A stretch of 57,922 nt of DNA from NCBI GenBank assembly GCA_016839365.1, contig JAEOUH010000008.1, forward strand, positions 1 through 57,922. Reading direction: 5' to 3'. This document shows positions 19,719 to 29,470 of this stretch, piece by piece. Origin of the DNA: Candidatus Hermodarchaeota archaeon (GTDB taxonomy: Archaea > Asgardarchaeota > Hermodarchaeia > Hermodarchaeales > Hermodarchaeaceae). The position numbers were made by a program, and so were the translations under genes. Each line of letters opens with the position of its first letter. The stretch's first letter is position 1. The notes beneath the pieces are model-generated. The model made no database searches. It had not been told where the DNA came from and worked only from the letters and a program-made list of their open reading frames with translations.

Positions 19719-21674
19719 GTGTCGGCGGATCGTTACTGGCTATTGGATGCGATCTATTCCGACGCCGACCAAGGAGTCTTACTCACCTTCCTCCAGACTC
19801 CCTCGCAAACTCTCAAAACAGTAAAAGTAGATTTCAAACCCTATTATTATGTACAGCCTGCAAGTCTGGGCGAAGCAGTTAAACGAAAAGACCTTATGAA
19901 AGACGAGTTCATCAACGTGGCACGTATACAGTTAGAGACTAGCGTTCAAGTGGATCGAGAATGGGAGAAAGACATCAAACCGGGACTTAGTTATATCTAC
20001 GACCAAGACCAACGGTTTGGGTGCCCCCACGTAAAGTCTGGATCAGGATTCAAACTCGATTTACAACTGCCTCAAAAACAACTGAAGGAATTTGAATCGC
20101 TTTTTATTGAGACAGCTGAACAAGACCCACTGAAATACGAATTTCTGAAGGAATATTTTCGATATGTGGTCCAGCCAGTTCCCAATATTCCCCAAGAGCT
20201 CTTGAACCTGGACTCGACCTATAATCAATCCCAGATGCTATGGGCCTGGATGCTTGCACGGATCGCGAATATCCCCTTCAAGCGAGCACTCACGAGCCGA
20301 AGCGTCTCCGAGTGGATTCGATCCATGCTAAACACCACGTACCGCAAACTAGGACTCCTAATCCCTGATCCTAACGAATTAACCAAAGGTCATACCCCTC
20401 ATCGTGTGGAAGGGGCGTTGACCATTGCGCCTACACCTGGGGCCTATTACAATATGACTGTGTTGGACTTTGAGTCCCTTTATCCGAGCCTCATTGACAC
20501 ATACAATCTATCTTACGAAACGATGGATTGCGACCATAACGACTGTCGCACATTCAAAGTTCCTAACGAAGCCCACTATGTGTGTAACCATCGACGGGGG
20601 ATTTTCAGTGCCCTGATTGGAGCTCTTAAGGATTTACGGATTCATTGGTTCAAACCACGAAGTCGTCAAAAGAACATCAAGCCAGACCAACGAACTAAGG
20701 CCAAAACCATTTCGGATCTACTCAAATTTCTGTTAGTAAGCAGCGGTGGCGTTACCATCCGAATTCATGGACTCGCAAGCCCTCCATTAGCAGAATCAAT
20801 GATGGCCTACGGTCGGTGGGCGCTTCAGACAACGTGGGATTTAGCCATTGAACATGGCATGCACCCAATATATGGCGACACCGATTCGATCTTTCTAGAC
20901 AAACCCAGCCCCCAACAAATCAACTGGCTAATCAAAATTGTACGAGACGAACTGAAACTGAAACTCGCCGTGGATGTAGTCTATTCCCTTTGTGTCTTCA
21001 GCTCTGCCAAAAAAGCTTACTTTGGCATCCTTCCCGATGGAACCCCAGATATTAAAGGGATTACGCTTGGCAAATCCAGTACACCTCCGCGATTCCGAGA
21101 AATCTTTATGGAGGCGGTCAAACCTCTTGCAGGTGTCGACACTCCTAAAAAACTCAGGGAAGCCTCTCCGAAGATTATTGGGTTTTTGCAGCGGGAAGTA
21201 ACTCGGCTAAAGCGCCGCGTTTTCAAAGTTGAAGAGTTAGAATATCGAGTCAAGGTTTGGAAAGCTGATAAAGATCGGGACAAGGACGCGGCATTAGCGC
21301 AACCCTATCAGGCACTTCAACAACTCACTGATAAGGGGTTTAAAGTGAAAAAACGCGCAGAAATAGGATTTGTCAAAGTGAATCCTTTTCGGTATGGCCC
21401 CAAGACATTCACAGTGAAACCCACACAGATGGCAACGAAGGACGAAATTGACATCAATGATTATGTCAGAAAACTAGCAATGGCATTTGAACAGGTTTTA
21501 GTTCCCCTAGATATTAAGTTTCCGAGTCAGAAATCCCATCATCTTGATGACTATCTTTCCGATGAAGTTCGTAAACCATTCAGTGAAGAATTTTCGGAAC
21601 TCGAAGCCCGAAGACAGGTTGATCGACAAAAAAGATTATTCGACTTCACAAACGATGAAGAAGTAGACGATTAA
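19719..21674 (+). CDS. polB: Family B DNA polymerase, PolB1-like, lacking the 3'-5' exonuclease domain
   Basis: Motif A VLDFESLYPS, motif C YGDTDS, KKAY, KG; FKPYYY N-terminal domain; only 651 aa. Confidence 0.9.
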   Translation: MSADRYWLLDAIYSDADQGVLLTFLQTPSQTLKTVKVDFKPYYYVQPASLGEAVKRKDLMKDEFINVARIQLETSVQVDREWEKDIKPGLSYIYDQDQRFGCPHVKSGSGFKLDLQLPQKQLKEFESLFIETAEQDPLKYEFLKEYFRYVVQPVPNIPQELLNLDSTYNQSQMLWAWMLARIANIPFKRALTSRSVSEWIRSMLNTTYRKLGLLIPDPNELTKGHTPHRVEGALTIAPTPGAYYNMTVLDFESLYPSLIDTYNLSYETMDCDHNDCRTFKVPNEAHYVCNHRRGIFSALIGALKDLRIHWFKPRSRQKNIKPDQRTKAKTISDLLKFLLVSSGGVTIRIHGLASPPLAESMMAYGRWALQTTWDLAIEHGMHPIYGDTDSIFLDKPSPQQINWLIKIVRDELKLKLAVDVVYSLCVFSSAKKAYFGILPDGTPDIKGITLGKSSTPPRFREIFMEAVKPLAGVDTPKKLREASPKIIGFLQREVTRLKRRVFKVEELEYRVKVWKADKDRDKDAALAQPYQALQQLTDKGFKVKKRAEIGFVKVNPFRYGPKTFTVKPTQMATKDEIDINDYVRKLAMAFEQVLVPLDIKFPSQKSHHLDDYLSDEVRKPFSEEFSELEARRQVDRQKRLFDFTNDEEVDD

Positions 21675-21675
21675 T

Positions 21676-22557
21676 TTACTTCTCGAGCTGTCCGGTTTCT
21701 CCATCTTTAGTAACCGGATTGCGAAGAATCCCAATGCCTTCTATCTCTGCTTCGACTACATCACCTGGCTGTAAGAAAACTGGTTTCGGTTTAGCGACAA
21801 AACCCACGCCTGCTGGAGTACCGGTCGCAATTACATCTCCTGGCTCCAAGGTTAATACCTTCGAAATATCGGTTATCAGTTCAGCTACTGAAAACACCAT
21901 ATTGGCTGTGGAACTATCCTGCCGCTTTTTCCCGTTTAGGCGTAACTCCAGGTGAAGGTTTTGGGGATCATTGATTTGGTCAGGTAAGGTGAGTACTGGA
22001 CCCATTGGGGCAAAAGTGTCAAAGCTTTTTCCGCGGAACCATTGGCCATCGCGGTATTGGAAATCGCGGGCGGAAATATCATTGAACACTGTATAACCAC
22101 CCACGTGATCCAAGGCCGTCTCCTTCGGAATATTACGACCGCCTACTCCGATGACGACGCCTAATTCAACCTCATAATCTATCTTGGACGATTCATTCGG
22201 GATGACAATGGAGGCTTCGGGTCCAATCGTTGCCGTAGGGGGTTTTGAAAAAAGCACTGGAGCCTTCGGCATCTCTCTTCCGGTCTCTTCCACATGGTCC
22301 TTATAATTCAGCCCAATTGCGATGATCTTTGTTGGACGAGGAAGAGGAGCTAGCAAGTTCACCTCATTGATCGGTTTCGCACCAATACGCCCTATCAAAG
22401 CGGCTTCGATGGTGGATTTGAGTGAGGAATCACTCAAGTAATCGAGCATAGATGGAATCCCTGGAGTCGGTATCACCTCTCCGTTATCCAAACAACCTAC
22501 ACGCGGTCCGGCATCCGTTGCGTAGCTGACCAGCTTCACCTGTTGGCTTCTCTCCAA
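21676..22557 (-). CDS. Fumarylacetoacetate hydrolase family protein
   Basis: KIIAIGLNYKDH, DYEVELGVVIG, NDISARD, GKSFDTF, GDVIATGTPAGVG. Confidence 0.95.
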   Translation of the reverse strand: MERSQQVKLVSYATDAGPRVGCLDNGEVIPTPGIPSMLDYLSDSSLKSTIEAALIGRIGAKPINEVNLLAPLPRPTKIIAIGLNYKDHVEETGREMPKAPVLFSKPPTATIGPEASIVIPNESSKIDYEVELGVVIGVGGRNIPKETALDHVGGYTVFNDISARDFQYRDGQWFRGKSFDTFAPMGPVLTLPDQINDPQNLHLELRLNGKKRQDSSTANMVFSVAELITDISKVLTLEPGDVIATGTPAGVGFVAKPKPVFLQPGDVVEAEIEGIGILRNPVTKDGETGQLEK

Positions 22558-22642
22558 TCAAGAACTACCTACGACTACTCATCAATTCTGGGTAGTTCAG
22601 CCCTAAAAAATTGCCCCTATCACGACTATCTGTCGACAAAAA

Positions 22643-23098
22643 TCACTCGCCACACCGGAAGAATAGCCAACCATTTTCGACCTTTTTAAAACGAATCAGG
22701 CAATATCTTCCCTGTAATCGCTTACCCTTTATTATAACGATGATTTCGTCTTTTTCCCATTTTTCCGTCTCATATTTTCCTGTATCCCAAAGCTCAACGA
22801 TCCCGGCTCAGTATTCACCTTCAGCAATCTCTCCCTGAAATGATCCGTACTCAATCGGATGATCTTCTGTTTGGATTGCCAACCGTCGAATGCCTTTCTC
22901 CGTTGGTGGTTCCTTGGGTACTGCCCAACTGATGAGTACACCATCTCGCTCTAACCGTAAATCCCAATGTAGGTTGCGGGCTTGGTGACGTTGGATTACA
23001 TAAATCTGATTTGAGCCCAGCTTTACTTCTGGTTTAGGTTCAGTGGTTTTTGTAAAGTCTCGTTTTTTCTCATATTCTTCCAAACTCATCTTGAACAC
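22643..23098 (-). pseudogene. LigD-type DNA 3'-phosphoesterase (stand-alone PE domain) interrupted by one in-frame TGA
   Basis: YEKKRDFTKTTEP, YVIQRHQARNLHWDLRLE, SWAVPK, RLAIQTEDHP, FQGEIAEGEY-[TGA at 22810-22808][12 protein letters not shown]..[22 protein letters not shown]-stop, all in one frame. Confidence 0.85.
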
Positions 23099-23137
23099 TT
23101 CTTGTTACTTGTCTTTCTGAGTTCGAATTGATGAGAG

Positions 23138-24031
23138 TTAGTGTTGGTGGGTAAATAACCATTCGGCGAGTCCTGTTCCTGTTTGTTGGAGTTCTTCGCA
23201 TTCATGGGTTACCAATATTTCAAATAATTCGGTCTCTCCGCTAGCGAACGTCCGGGCGTATCTAGCAAATGCGTTGGGATGGATGCATTCGGAAAATAAT
23301 GTGAAGGTCCGATTATCTGCGCCGGTGATGTATGTTTTCGCCCTGATGGGTTTACGTATGGTTTCTTCCACAAATTCGGTTTCCACGATGATGTTTTTAA
23401 TCGGCACATTACCTTCTTGTGAGCTAATAATCCCCGCTGGATGGCTTTTGCCTTTGACTGTATCATACCGCAACCCGATCATGAATTCATCAAATTGGGC
23501 ATGGAGGGCAAACCATTCTTCGATATGCCAATCGCGGACACCCCAGCTTTTATCGCGTTGACCGTATCCAGTGAAGTGGTGTGCCCGACCATTGGGATAC
23601 TCTATATGTCCGGTTATACGACCGGATTGTTCGAGATGGCGGCTCCAACTGGTGCCACTCCCTTTCCCGAAGTCGCCGGGGGGAAACCGCGCTTCCCAAT
23701 GAATTTCTGCGGAAACTCGGGGGCTGGAATAATGAATCCGCCAATCGGTATGGGGTTTGACCAATTCGTAAGCGAGAGTTGCATCCCTCATAGCTGCATA
23801 GAAATCCTTGGATATTGGTTCTGTGGGTTCGCTGAAGTAGAACTCTGGTGTGCCTTTAACGAAGAGGGCGAAGATAAACTCTCGTCGTGGTATATTGGGG
23901 ACAAGCCCGATAGTGGTGAATCCGCTGACCTGTGCCTTGAGGTCAACCCAGTTGAAATAGAAGCTTTCTCGCCAGTCTTTATGTTTGGTGGGTTTGTGAA
24001 GAAAGTCGTCTTGATCGGTGAACTCTTTCAA
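23138..24031 (-). CDS. Hypothetical protein, probable AttH/CrtC-like beta-barrel fold
   Basis: WRESFYFNW..HLEQSGRITG..GQRDKSWGVRDW motifs. Confidence 0.6.
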   Translation of the reverse strand: MKEFTDQDDFLHKPTKHKDWRESFYFNWVDLKAQVSGFTTIGLVPNIPRREFIFALFVKGTPEFYFSEPTEPISKDFYAAMRDATLAYELVKPHTDWRIHYSSPRVSAEIHWEARFPPGDFGKGSGTSWSRHLEQSGRITGHIEYPNGRAHHFTGYGQRDKSWGVRDWHIEEWFALHAQFDEFMIGLRYDTVKGKSHPAGIISSQEGNVPIKNIIVETEFVEETIRKPIRAKTYITGADNRTFTLFSECIHPNAFARYARTFASGETELFEILVTHECEELQQTGTGLAEWLFTHQH

Positions 24032-24058
24032 TACCTTTTAGCTCCATATTGTGTAATG

Positions 24059-25216
24059 CTATTCGGGGAGTTTGTAGAAGGTAGGGTCTTGTGCCCGTTC
24101 TTCTGGCGGTCTAAACATTCGGGCAAAGGCGTTATCACCGTCATGGGTCATGAAATAGGGAACATATTCTTTCATAGCGTGGGGGGTGAGGCCCCAGTCG
24201 ATTTGATCGGTGATTCCGACTTGATTGGTGTATCGGGCAAAGCCTCGCATGTAGGCTTTGGCTCCAGCGATGAGTCGTTGCTGCTTATCCCATTCCGCAA
24301 ATCGCATGAACAGTTCCTGTTGTGATGCATCAGCTGCTTCTGCATAGGAGGCTAGTTCATCTAATCCCAAGGATGTGATTTTGTTTCCACGTTTTGAATA
24401 GGCGAGCATTTGATGGACATAATCTCCATATTCTGCGGGAGTAAGGGTCATGGTCCCTGTATCGCTGAATTTGGCTGTTACATCGCTGAGTGTCATTGCG
24501 ATTCCTAATGAAGCGGATGGGAGTGGGGTCTCGGTTTCTGACCAGGGTAGCCAGAGTTTTTCCTTGCCATCATAGAGGTTGGTGTATTCTGTTATGACAA
24601 GGATTTGGTTGTCATCGTGGGGGTAAGGTCCATGTTCAATGATTTTAGCTCGGGCTTCGCACTCATCCATGAAGGCGTAGAGGTCAACAGTTCCGATGGA
24701 TTTGCGGTGGTCAGCCACTTGGGCAGGGTTGACTGGTTCAAGCCGATCCTTAAGCCACGTTAGAACTTTTTCATCAAAGGCGAGGTTCCTGTTACCGGAA
24801 GCCTCGATTGTGGCTTGTTTTGTGTTGAAGTAGTTTGTGCTTAACTGGTACCACTTTTCGAGTAGATATCGCCACTCTTGTTGTTTCGTCTCGGACTCTT
24901 TGGCTGGATCATTGTCGCATTGGTTGAAGATAACACCCATCCTTCCAAGGCCATAATATAGCCACTGGTACATGATGGCAAGACCTTGCACTTCTGAAAG
25001 CAGAACCTTACTTTGTTGAGCTAATACTTCTGGAGAGATGCGATTCCAGACTTGCCTCATTATATCATACTGGGCTTCATAGGTGTTGTAGCAGGCTAGG
25101 GAAATGTAGGCGTTTACTGGGAATAATTGGGATTCTAGCAATCCACGATCCAATAAGATATTGGTAAAGACATCTGAGAGATGAGCAATTTGATGGTTAA
25201 CAGAATGTATATCCAA
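24059..25216 (-). CDS. Hypothetical protein
   Basis: 385-aa ORF with protein-like composition, co-oriented with neighbours. Confidence 0.7.
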   Translation of the reverse strand: MDIHSVNHQIAHLSDVFTNILLDRGLLESQLFPVNAYISLACYNTYEAQYDIMRQVWNRISPEVLAQQSKVLLSEVQGLAIMYQWLYYGLGRMGVIFNQCDNDPAKESETKQQEWRYLLEKWYQLSTNYFNTKQATIEASGNRNLAFDEKVLTWLKDRLEPVNPAQVADHRKSIGTVDLYAFMDECEARAKIIEHGPYPHDDNQILVITEYTNLYDGKEKLWLPWSETETPLPSASLGIAMTLSDVTAKFSDTGTMTLTPAEYGDYVHQMLAYSKRGNKITSLGLDELASYAEAADASQQELFMRFAEWDKQQRLIAGAKAYMRGFARYTNQVGITDQIDWGLTPHAMKEYVPYFMTHDGDNAFARMFRPPEERAQDPTFYKLPE

Positions 25217-25297
25217 GATCCAATCACAACCTGAAATTGATCAGTAGGATACATGAAGGTTATTCAAAAGAACAGGTGCCCGTTCAAATTCTCTACG

Positions 25298-25783
25298 TTA
25301 CCGCTTCCTTTTTTGTCTTTCAACAATGTCCTTTTCACGGCGCGTTCTCGGTTTGGGAGGCCCTTTCACTCCAGGAATAATGCTTAGCACGCCTCCAACT
25401 ATTGCGAGAATGGCTCCTGCGAAATGGGCAATCCCTGGGTAAAAGAGTGCCCCGTACATCATCCAAATCCCGCCAACGATGACAGCAATGCCAAAAAACA
25501 TGGCCAGGAACCCACCGATGGCTCCACTTTTGAAAAAGGCAATCACACCCGCGATGATGACAATACTCCCAGAAAGAATCATTACAGTAATCATGATTAG
25601 CAACATTTGAGCAACAAGTTCCAAGATTCCTCGAATTTCTATGGGATATAAAGGAATTTCTGCAATGAAGGGGAGGATGGCAAAGTAGATGGTTATTTGT
25701 GCCCCTATTACAAGCACTCCACCGAAAACCTGGACTAGCCCTCCTAAATCAGAGAGACAGGGTTTCTCTTTTGGTTTTGACAT
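25298..25783 (-). CDS. Four-TM membrane protein
   Basis: Gly-rich hydrophobic helices and a basic C-terminal tail. Confidence 0.7.
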   Translation of the reverse strand: MSKPKEKPCLSDLGGLVQVFGGVLVIGAQITIYFAILPFIAEIPLYPIEIRGILELVAQMLLIMITVMILSGSIVIIAGVIAFFKSGAIGGFLAMFFGIAVIVGGIWMMYGALFYPGIAHFAGAILAIVGGVLSIIPGVKGPPKPRTRREKDIVERQKRKR

Positions 25784-26007
25784 TGATTTTAGTCCATCCT
25801 GGCTTACTATTCTGTCTTTCGATGTGCATCTCCTTAAAAGTTCAGGTATTGGTACACGCTTGAAAGTTCAACGTCGCTAGGAATAGAAAATCTGAACCAC
25901 TCGAATCCTAATTTTCCATTCACCTTCACTCTCTTGGGTCTTTTCCGAACCCTGCGGTTGCCATGAATAAATAACGTACTACAGTGGGGTTAATTTAGGA
26001 ATGAACA

Positions 26008-26430
26008 ATGAATGCCGAAGAATTGATGAAAAAATACCATCAACTCTCCACCAAGCCCTTGGCTGCTCCTTCTTTAGAAAACGAATCAGGAGAATCAGTG
26101 CAAATCCTTTACCAAAGTTCTTCGCTGCGAATCCTGTTGCTTCGGGCTACAACAGACCCTGAAATGGTGACGGTTGAAGTTGAGGTGTGGTTACCGGGTT
26201 CTAAAACCAATGATAACCTGGCTTCCCCTTCAAATATGGAAGGGAAAGAACAAGACGAGAACCTTAGTGAAATGTTAGCGCAAATGATTGCCCATCTTCA
26301 ATATCTTTATTCATTGCACCAATACGGATTTTCATTGGATGTAATTAAACACGATTGTTTATGGACAGCCTCTTGCACTTTTTCCAAGCTTCCTGATCGT
26401 GAACTTTTCAATATACTCCTTCCACCCTAA
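26008..26430 (+). CDS. Hypothetical protein
   Basis: 140-aa ORF; AGGA upstream of the ATG. Confidence 0.6.
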   Translation: MNAEELMKKYHQLSTKPLAAPSLENESGESVQILYQSSSLRILLLRATTDPEMVTVEVEVWLPGSKTNDNLASPSNMEGKEQDENLSEMLAQMIAHLQYLYSLHQYGFSLDVIKHDCLWTASCTFSKLPDRELFNILLPP

Positions 26431-26558
26431 GCATAATTTGCACGTTTATGCAGCTATGATTTACTTTAAATGTAAGATGTTTTGAACACATGCTGCTTAC
26501 GAGTAGAGCCTTCGCTGAGAAACTGGAACTCAGCGTATAAGCTAATTCCCCTACTCGA

Positions 26559-27560
26559 ATGGGTGCTCTCCCCTGCTGCGTGGTGTCTGCATTGGACTTA
26601 ATTGACAAAGGCATCTTCTATGCCTTGGATGGCAATTGTCGCACATCCTATGAAACGCTAGCGCGACAATTCAACATCAGTGCCAACGCCATCAAAAAAC
26701 GAGTGACAAAACTTAGAGACTCTGGAGTACTCAAAGCATTCTCTGTCTGGCTAAGCTTGAGCATGATTGATGCAGAGATGATTGTCGCCTTCATTAACAC
26801 AGACGGCAGTCAAGACGATGAACTACTCATCAACACCATTGGAAACAACCCAATGATTCATCGAACAGCATCACTATCCAATGGTGGGATAATGGCCTTC
26901 GGAGAATACATATCGGCTCAAGGTCTGGGAGAACTAAGCCGATTTCTTCGAAAACAAGAGGGTGTTACTGATGTTGAAATTCACACCCTTCTAACGGATA
27001 AAGGTGGCAAAATTAATTTTACAGATCTTCAGATGAAGGTATTAAATGAACTTCGAAAAGACGCTCGTATGTCCATTGTAGAATTAGCAAAACGCACGGG
27101 ATTAACAGCACGGACTATTCGTCGTGTATTGGACCAGTTAGGAGGGAATTCCGCAACAGCCAGGGCTTTTGTTGTTCGAGATAATCTACTACCCAACGAA
27201 CGCGCTTCGTCGGAACCTGTTCATTTCCGAAGCATATGGAACCTAAACGCGGGGGGGTGTATCTCCTATGCTGTCCGCCTCACTTACGATGAAGACCAGG
27301 GCAACTCCATCGATGTTGATTCTTGGCTACGCAAAGAATATCCCGTGGCACATTGGTACTCTTATGCCTCAGCAACTGAACCGCTGGTATTCAGCACCTT
27401 TAATGTTGAGAGTGTTGCTGCCTTTGAAAAAATCCATCACTCCCTCAAAAAAGGACAAATGATTGAATCCAGTGAAACCCTTGTATTATATCCCCAACGC
27501 CATTTCAAAGGATTGCGTGAAATTTGCCTGGATGAACTACTTGAAAAAGCTGGATACTAA
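26559..27560 (+). CDS. Tandem Lrp/AsnC-type winged-HTH regulator
   Basis: LDLIDKGIFYALDGNCRTSYETLARQFNISANAIKKRV; second HTH LRKDARMSIVELAKRTGLTARTIRR. Confidence 0.88.
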   Translation: MGALPCCVVSALDLIDKGIFYALDGNCRTSYETLARQFNISANAIKKRVTKLRDSGVLKAFSVWLSLSMIDAEMIVAFINTDGSQDDELLINTIGNNPMIHRTASLSNGGIMAFGEYISAQGLGELSRFLRKQEGVTDVEIHTLLTDKGGKINFTDLQMKVLNELRKDARMSIVELAKRTGLTARTIRRVLDQLGGNSATARAFVVRDNLLPNERASSEPVHFRSIWNLNAGGCISYAVRLTYDEDQGNSIDVDSWLRKEYPVAHWYSYASATEPLVFSTFNVESVAAFEKIHHSLKKGQMIESSETLVLYPQRHFKGLREICLDELLEKAGY

Positions 27561-27747
27561 CCAATTCCTAGCTCATCCCAAATAATAGATCAATCTTCGA
27601 TTCGAGGATTATTGAACCACCAAGTTCGGTTTCTTGTTAAACTCCAGGAATTGAAGTGCACTTTTCGAACTTGCCGGTTTCCACGAGTATTAATCCCTGA
27701 ATTAAGCAGATGCTGTCAACCTACTCTGGTAAGGAAGACTTTCAATT

Positions 27748-28965
27748 ATGCTAAAATGCTCTAGCATACTCCTCTGCATTCCCCTTGTACTGCTTTTCAT
27801 AGTTATTATACCGACTAGTGGAGTGCACCCTCAGACGGCTTGGGCTCCCGATTATTGGCCCACCTCTGGATGGCAAACTTCTACACCAGAAGCTCAAGGT
27901 ATGGATTCAACTTACCTGACGGCAATGGATGATTACATTGAATTAGTTGATTGGGGGTTTGCGGTGGTGTCCACAGTCGTCGTCAAAAATGGCTATATTG
28001 TCCACGAATCCTACTATGGTTCATCCGATGAAACAACTCGGCGAAATATCTTCTCATGTACCAAAAGTTTCACCTCAACTCTTCTGGGGATCGCCCTCTC
28101 TGAAGGCTATATCAGTAGCCTTGATGAACTGGTCCTTGATTACTTCACTGACCGCACCATAGCAAATATGGATGCCCGAAAAGAGGCAATAACCATTGAA
28201 CATCTCCTTACAATGACTGCAGGATTTGATTGGCCAGAGAATGATTATGGTGTCGAAGACCCCTACACTCTCATGACGAGTAGCACAGATTGGGTGCAAT
28301 ATGTCCTTGACGCACCCATGGCCCACGAACCTGGTGAAGTATGGAATTACAATTCAGGCGCTTCTCACCTCCTCTCAACCATCGTTAATATCTCTACAGG
28401 GCAATATACCCACGAGTATGCAGAAGCCAAACTCTTTACTCCCCTAGGAATCACCCATTATGACTGGGGTAAAGATCCCGATGACAATGCGTTTGGTGGT
28501 GCCAGCCTCCGGCTAACACCCCGAGATATGGCAAAATTCGGCTTCCTTTTCCTGAATAACGGCACCTGGGATGGTGCACAACTTGTGCCTGAGAGTTGGG
28601 TTACCACAGCCACCGCTAGCCATATGACGCTGAATGCTCACACAGGTTATGGCTATCAATGGTGGACCTCACCTCTCATTGAATCATACTCTGCCCGTGG
28701 TTATCTAGGGCAACTCATCTACGTGTTCCCTGTGGTGAATATGGTCGTGGTCTTTACTGCACAGACTAACTACCTTCAAGATGATGTCCTTCTTGAAGAA
28801 TACATCTTACCCGCTGCAGGATATACCGTCAGTGGCCACCCACCCCCTGATGGAAATCTAATCGCTGCGGCAATCATTGGTGCAATAGCCATCATCATCC
28901 CGGTTACTGCAATCAGTGTGTATCTCCTGTATCGGCAGAGACACACACCATCAACTTCAACATGA
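27748..28965 (+). CDS. Membrane-anchored serine hydrolase (beta-lactamase class C-like)
   Basis: SCTK (SxxK), LLTMTAG, WNYNS, YGYQWW; signal peptide and C-terminal TM helix. Confidence 0.9.
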   Translation: MLKCSSILLCIPLVLLFIVIIPTSGVHPQTAWAPDYWPTSGWQTSTPEAQGMDSTYLTAMDDYIELVDWGFAVVSTVVVKNGYIVHESYYGSSDETTRRNIFSCTKSFTSTLLGIALSEGYISSLDELVLDYFTDRTIANMDARKEAITIEHLLTMTAGFDWPENDYGVEDPYTLMTSSTDWVQYVLDAPMAHEPGEVWNYNSGASHLLSTIVNISTGQYTHEYAEAKLFTPLGITHYDWGKDPDDNAFGGASLRLTPRDMAKFGFLFLNNGTWDGAQLVPESWVTTATASHMTLNAHTGYGYQWWTSPLIESYSARGYLGQLIYVFPVVNMVVVFTAQTNYLQDDVLLEEYILPAAGYTVSGHPPPDGNLIAAAIIGAIAIIIPVTAISVYLLYRQRHTPSTST

Positions 28966-29470
28966 CTCCTCCAACGGCTCCCATCGGACATCTGAATTTC
29001 CGGCTTTCCGAAAATCCGTTGTCCACCAGCAGTAGGCCCCAAGCATTGGAAAACCTTGGATCTTTGGACCGAAAAGCTCCAATCCCCTAACCTCTTGGTC
29101 CAACTCGGGTGTCCTGGGAGCCGTACCATTTCCATTTCTACTTACCTATGTTGATACGTAGTCATAAATCGAAGGTTAAGGAAAGAAGGGTCGAAACCAG
29201 GGTGTGTAGCCGACTAACAGCGCAATGATGAAAATGATAATTATTAGAATCGCACAGCAGCCAATTGCTTTTCTACGCCTTGAGGGTTCTTCCTCATACA
29301 TTTCGTACTCGTCGGGCTCACCTTCCTCAAACGTCATCTACTATTCCTCCTCCGCTTTCAGCCTTAATGAAGGGGATTAAGTCTTTTCAATTGAACTCAT
29401 TTTCCATAATACAATTTACCTCAACCAAAACCCCAAATAGAAGGCAAGAACCTTTAGTATCTGAAATTCG

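Noticed and set aside
22808-22810. Genome-wide UGA-to-Gly reassignment
   Set aside because: Many intact genes in the window end in TGA at the expected position (e.g. radA, top6B, hemerythrin)
23441-24325. 294-aa plus-strand ORF
   Set aside because: Antisense shadow of two better-supported minus-strand genes; no motifs
28966-29470. 500-nt intergenic gap with an ATGATGA C-box-like motif near 29225
   Set aside because: No properly spaced CTGA D box or terminal stem, no tRNA cloverleaf, and the small ORFs here are unconvincing
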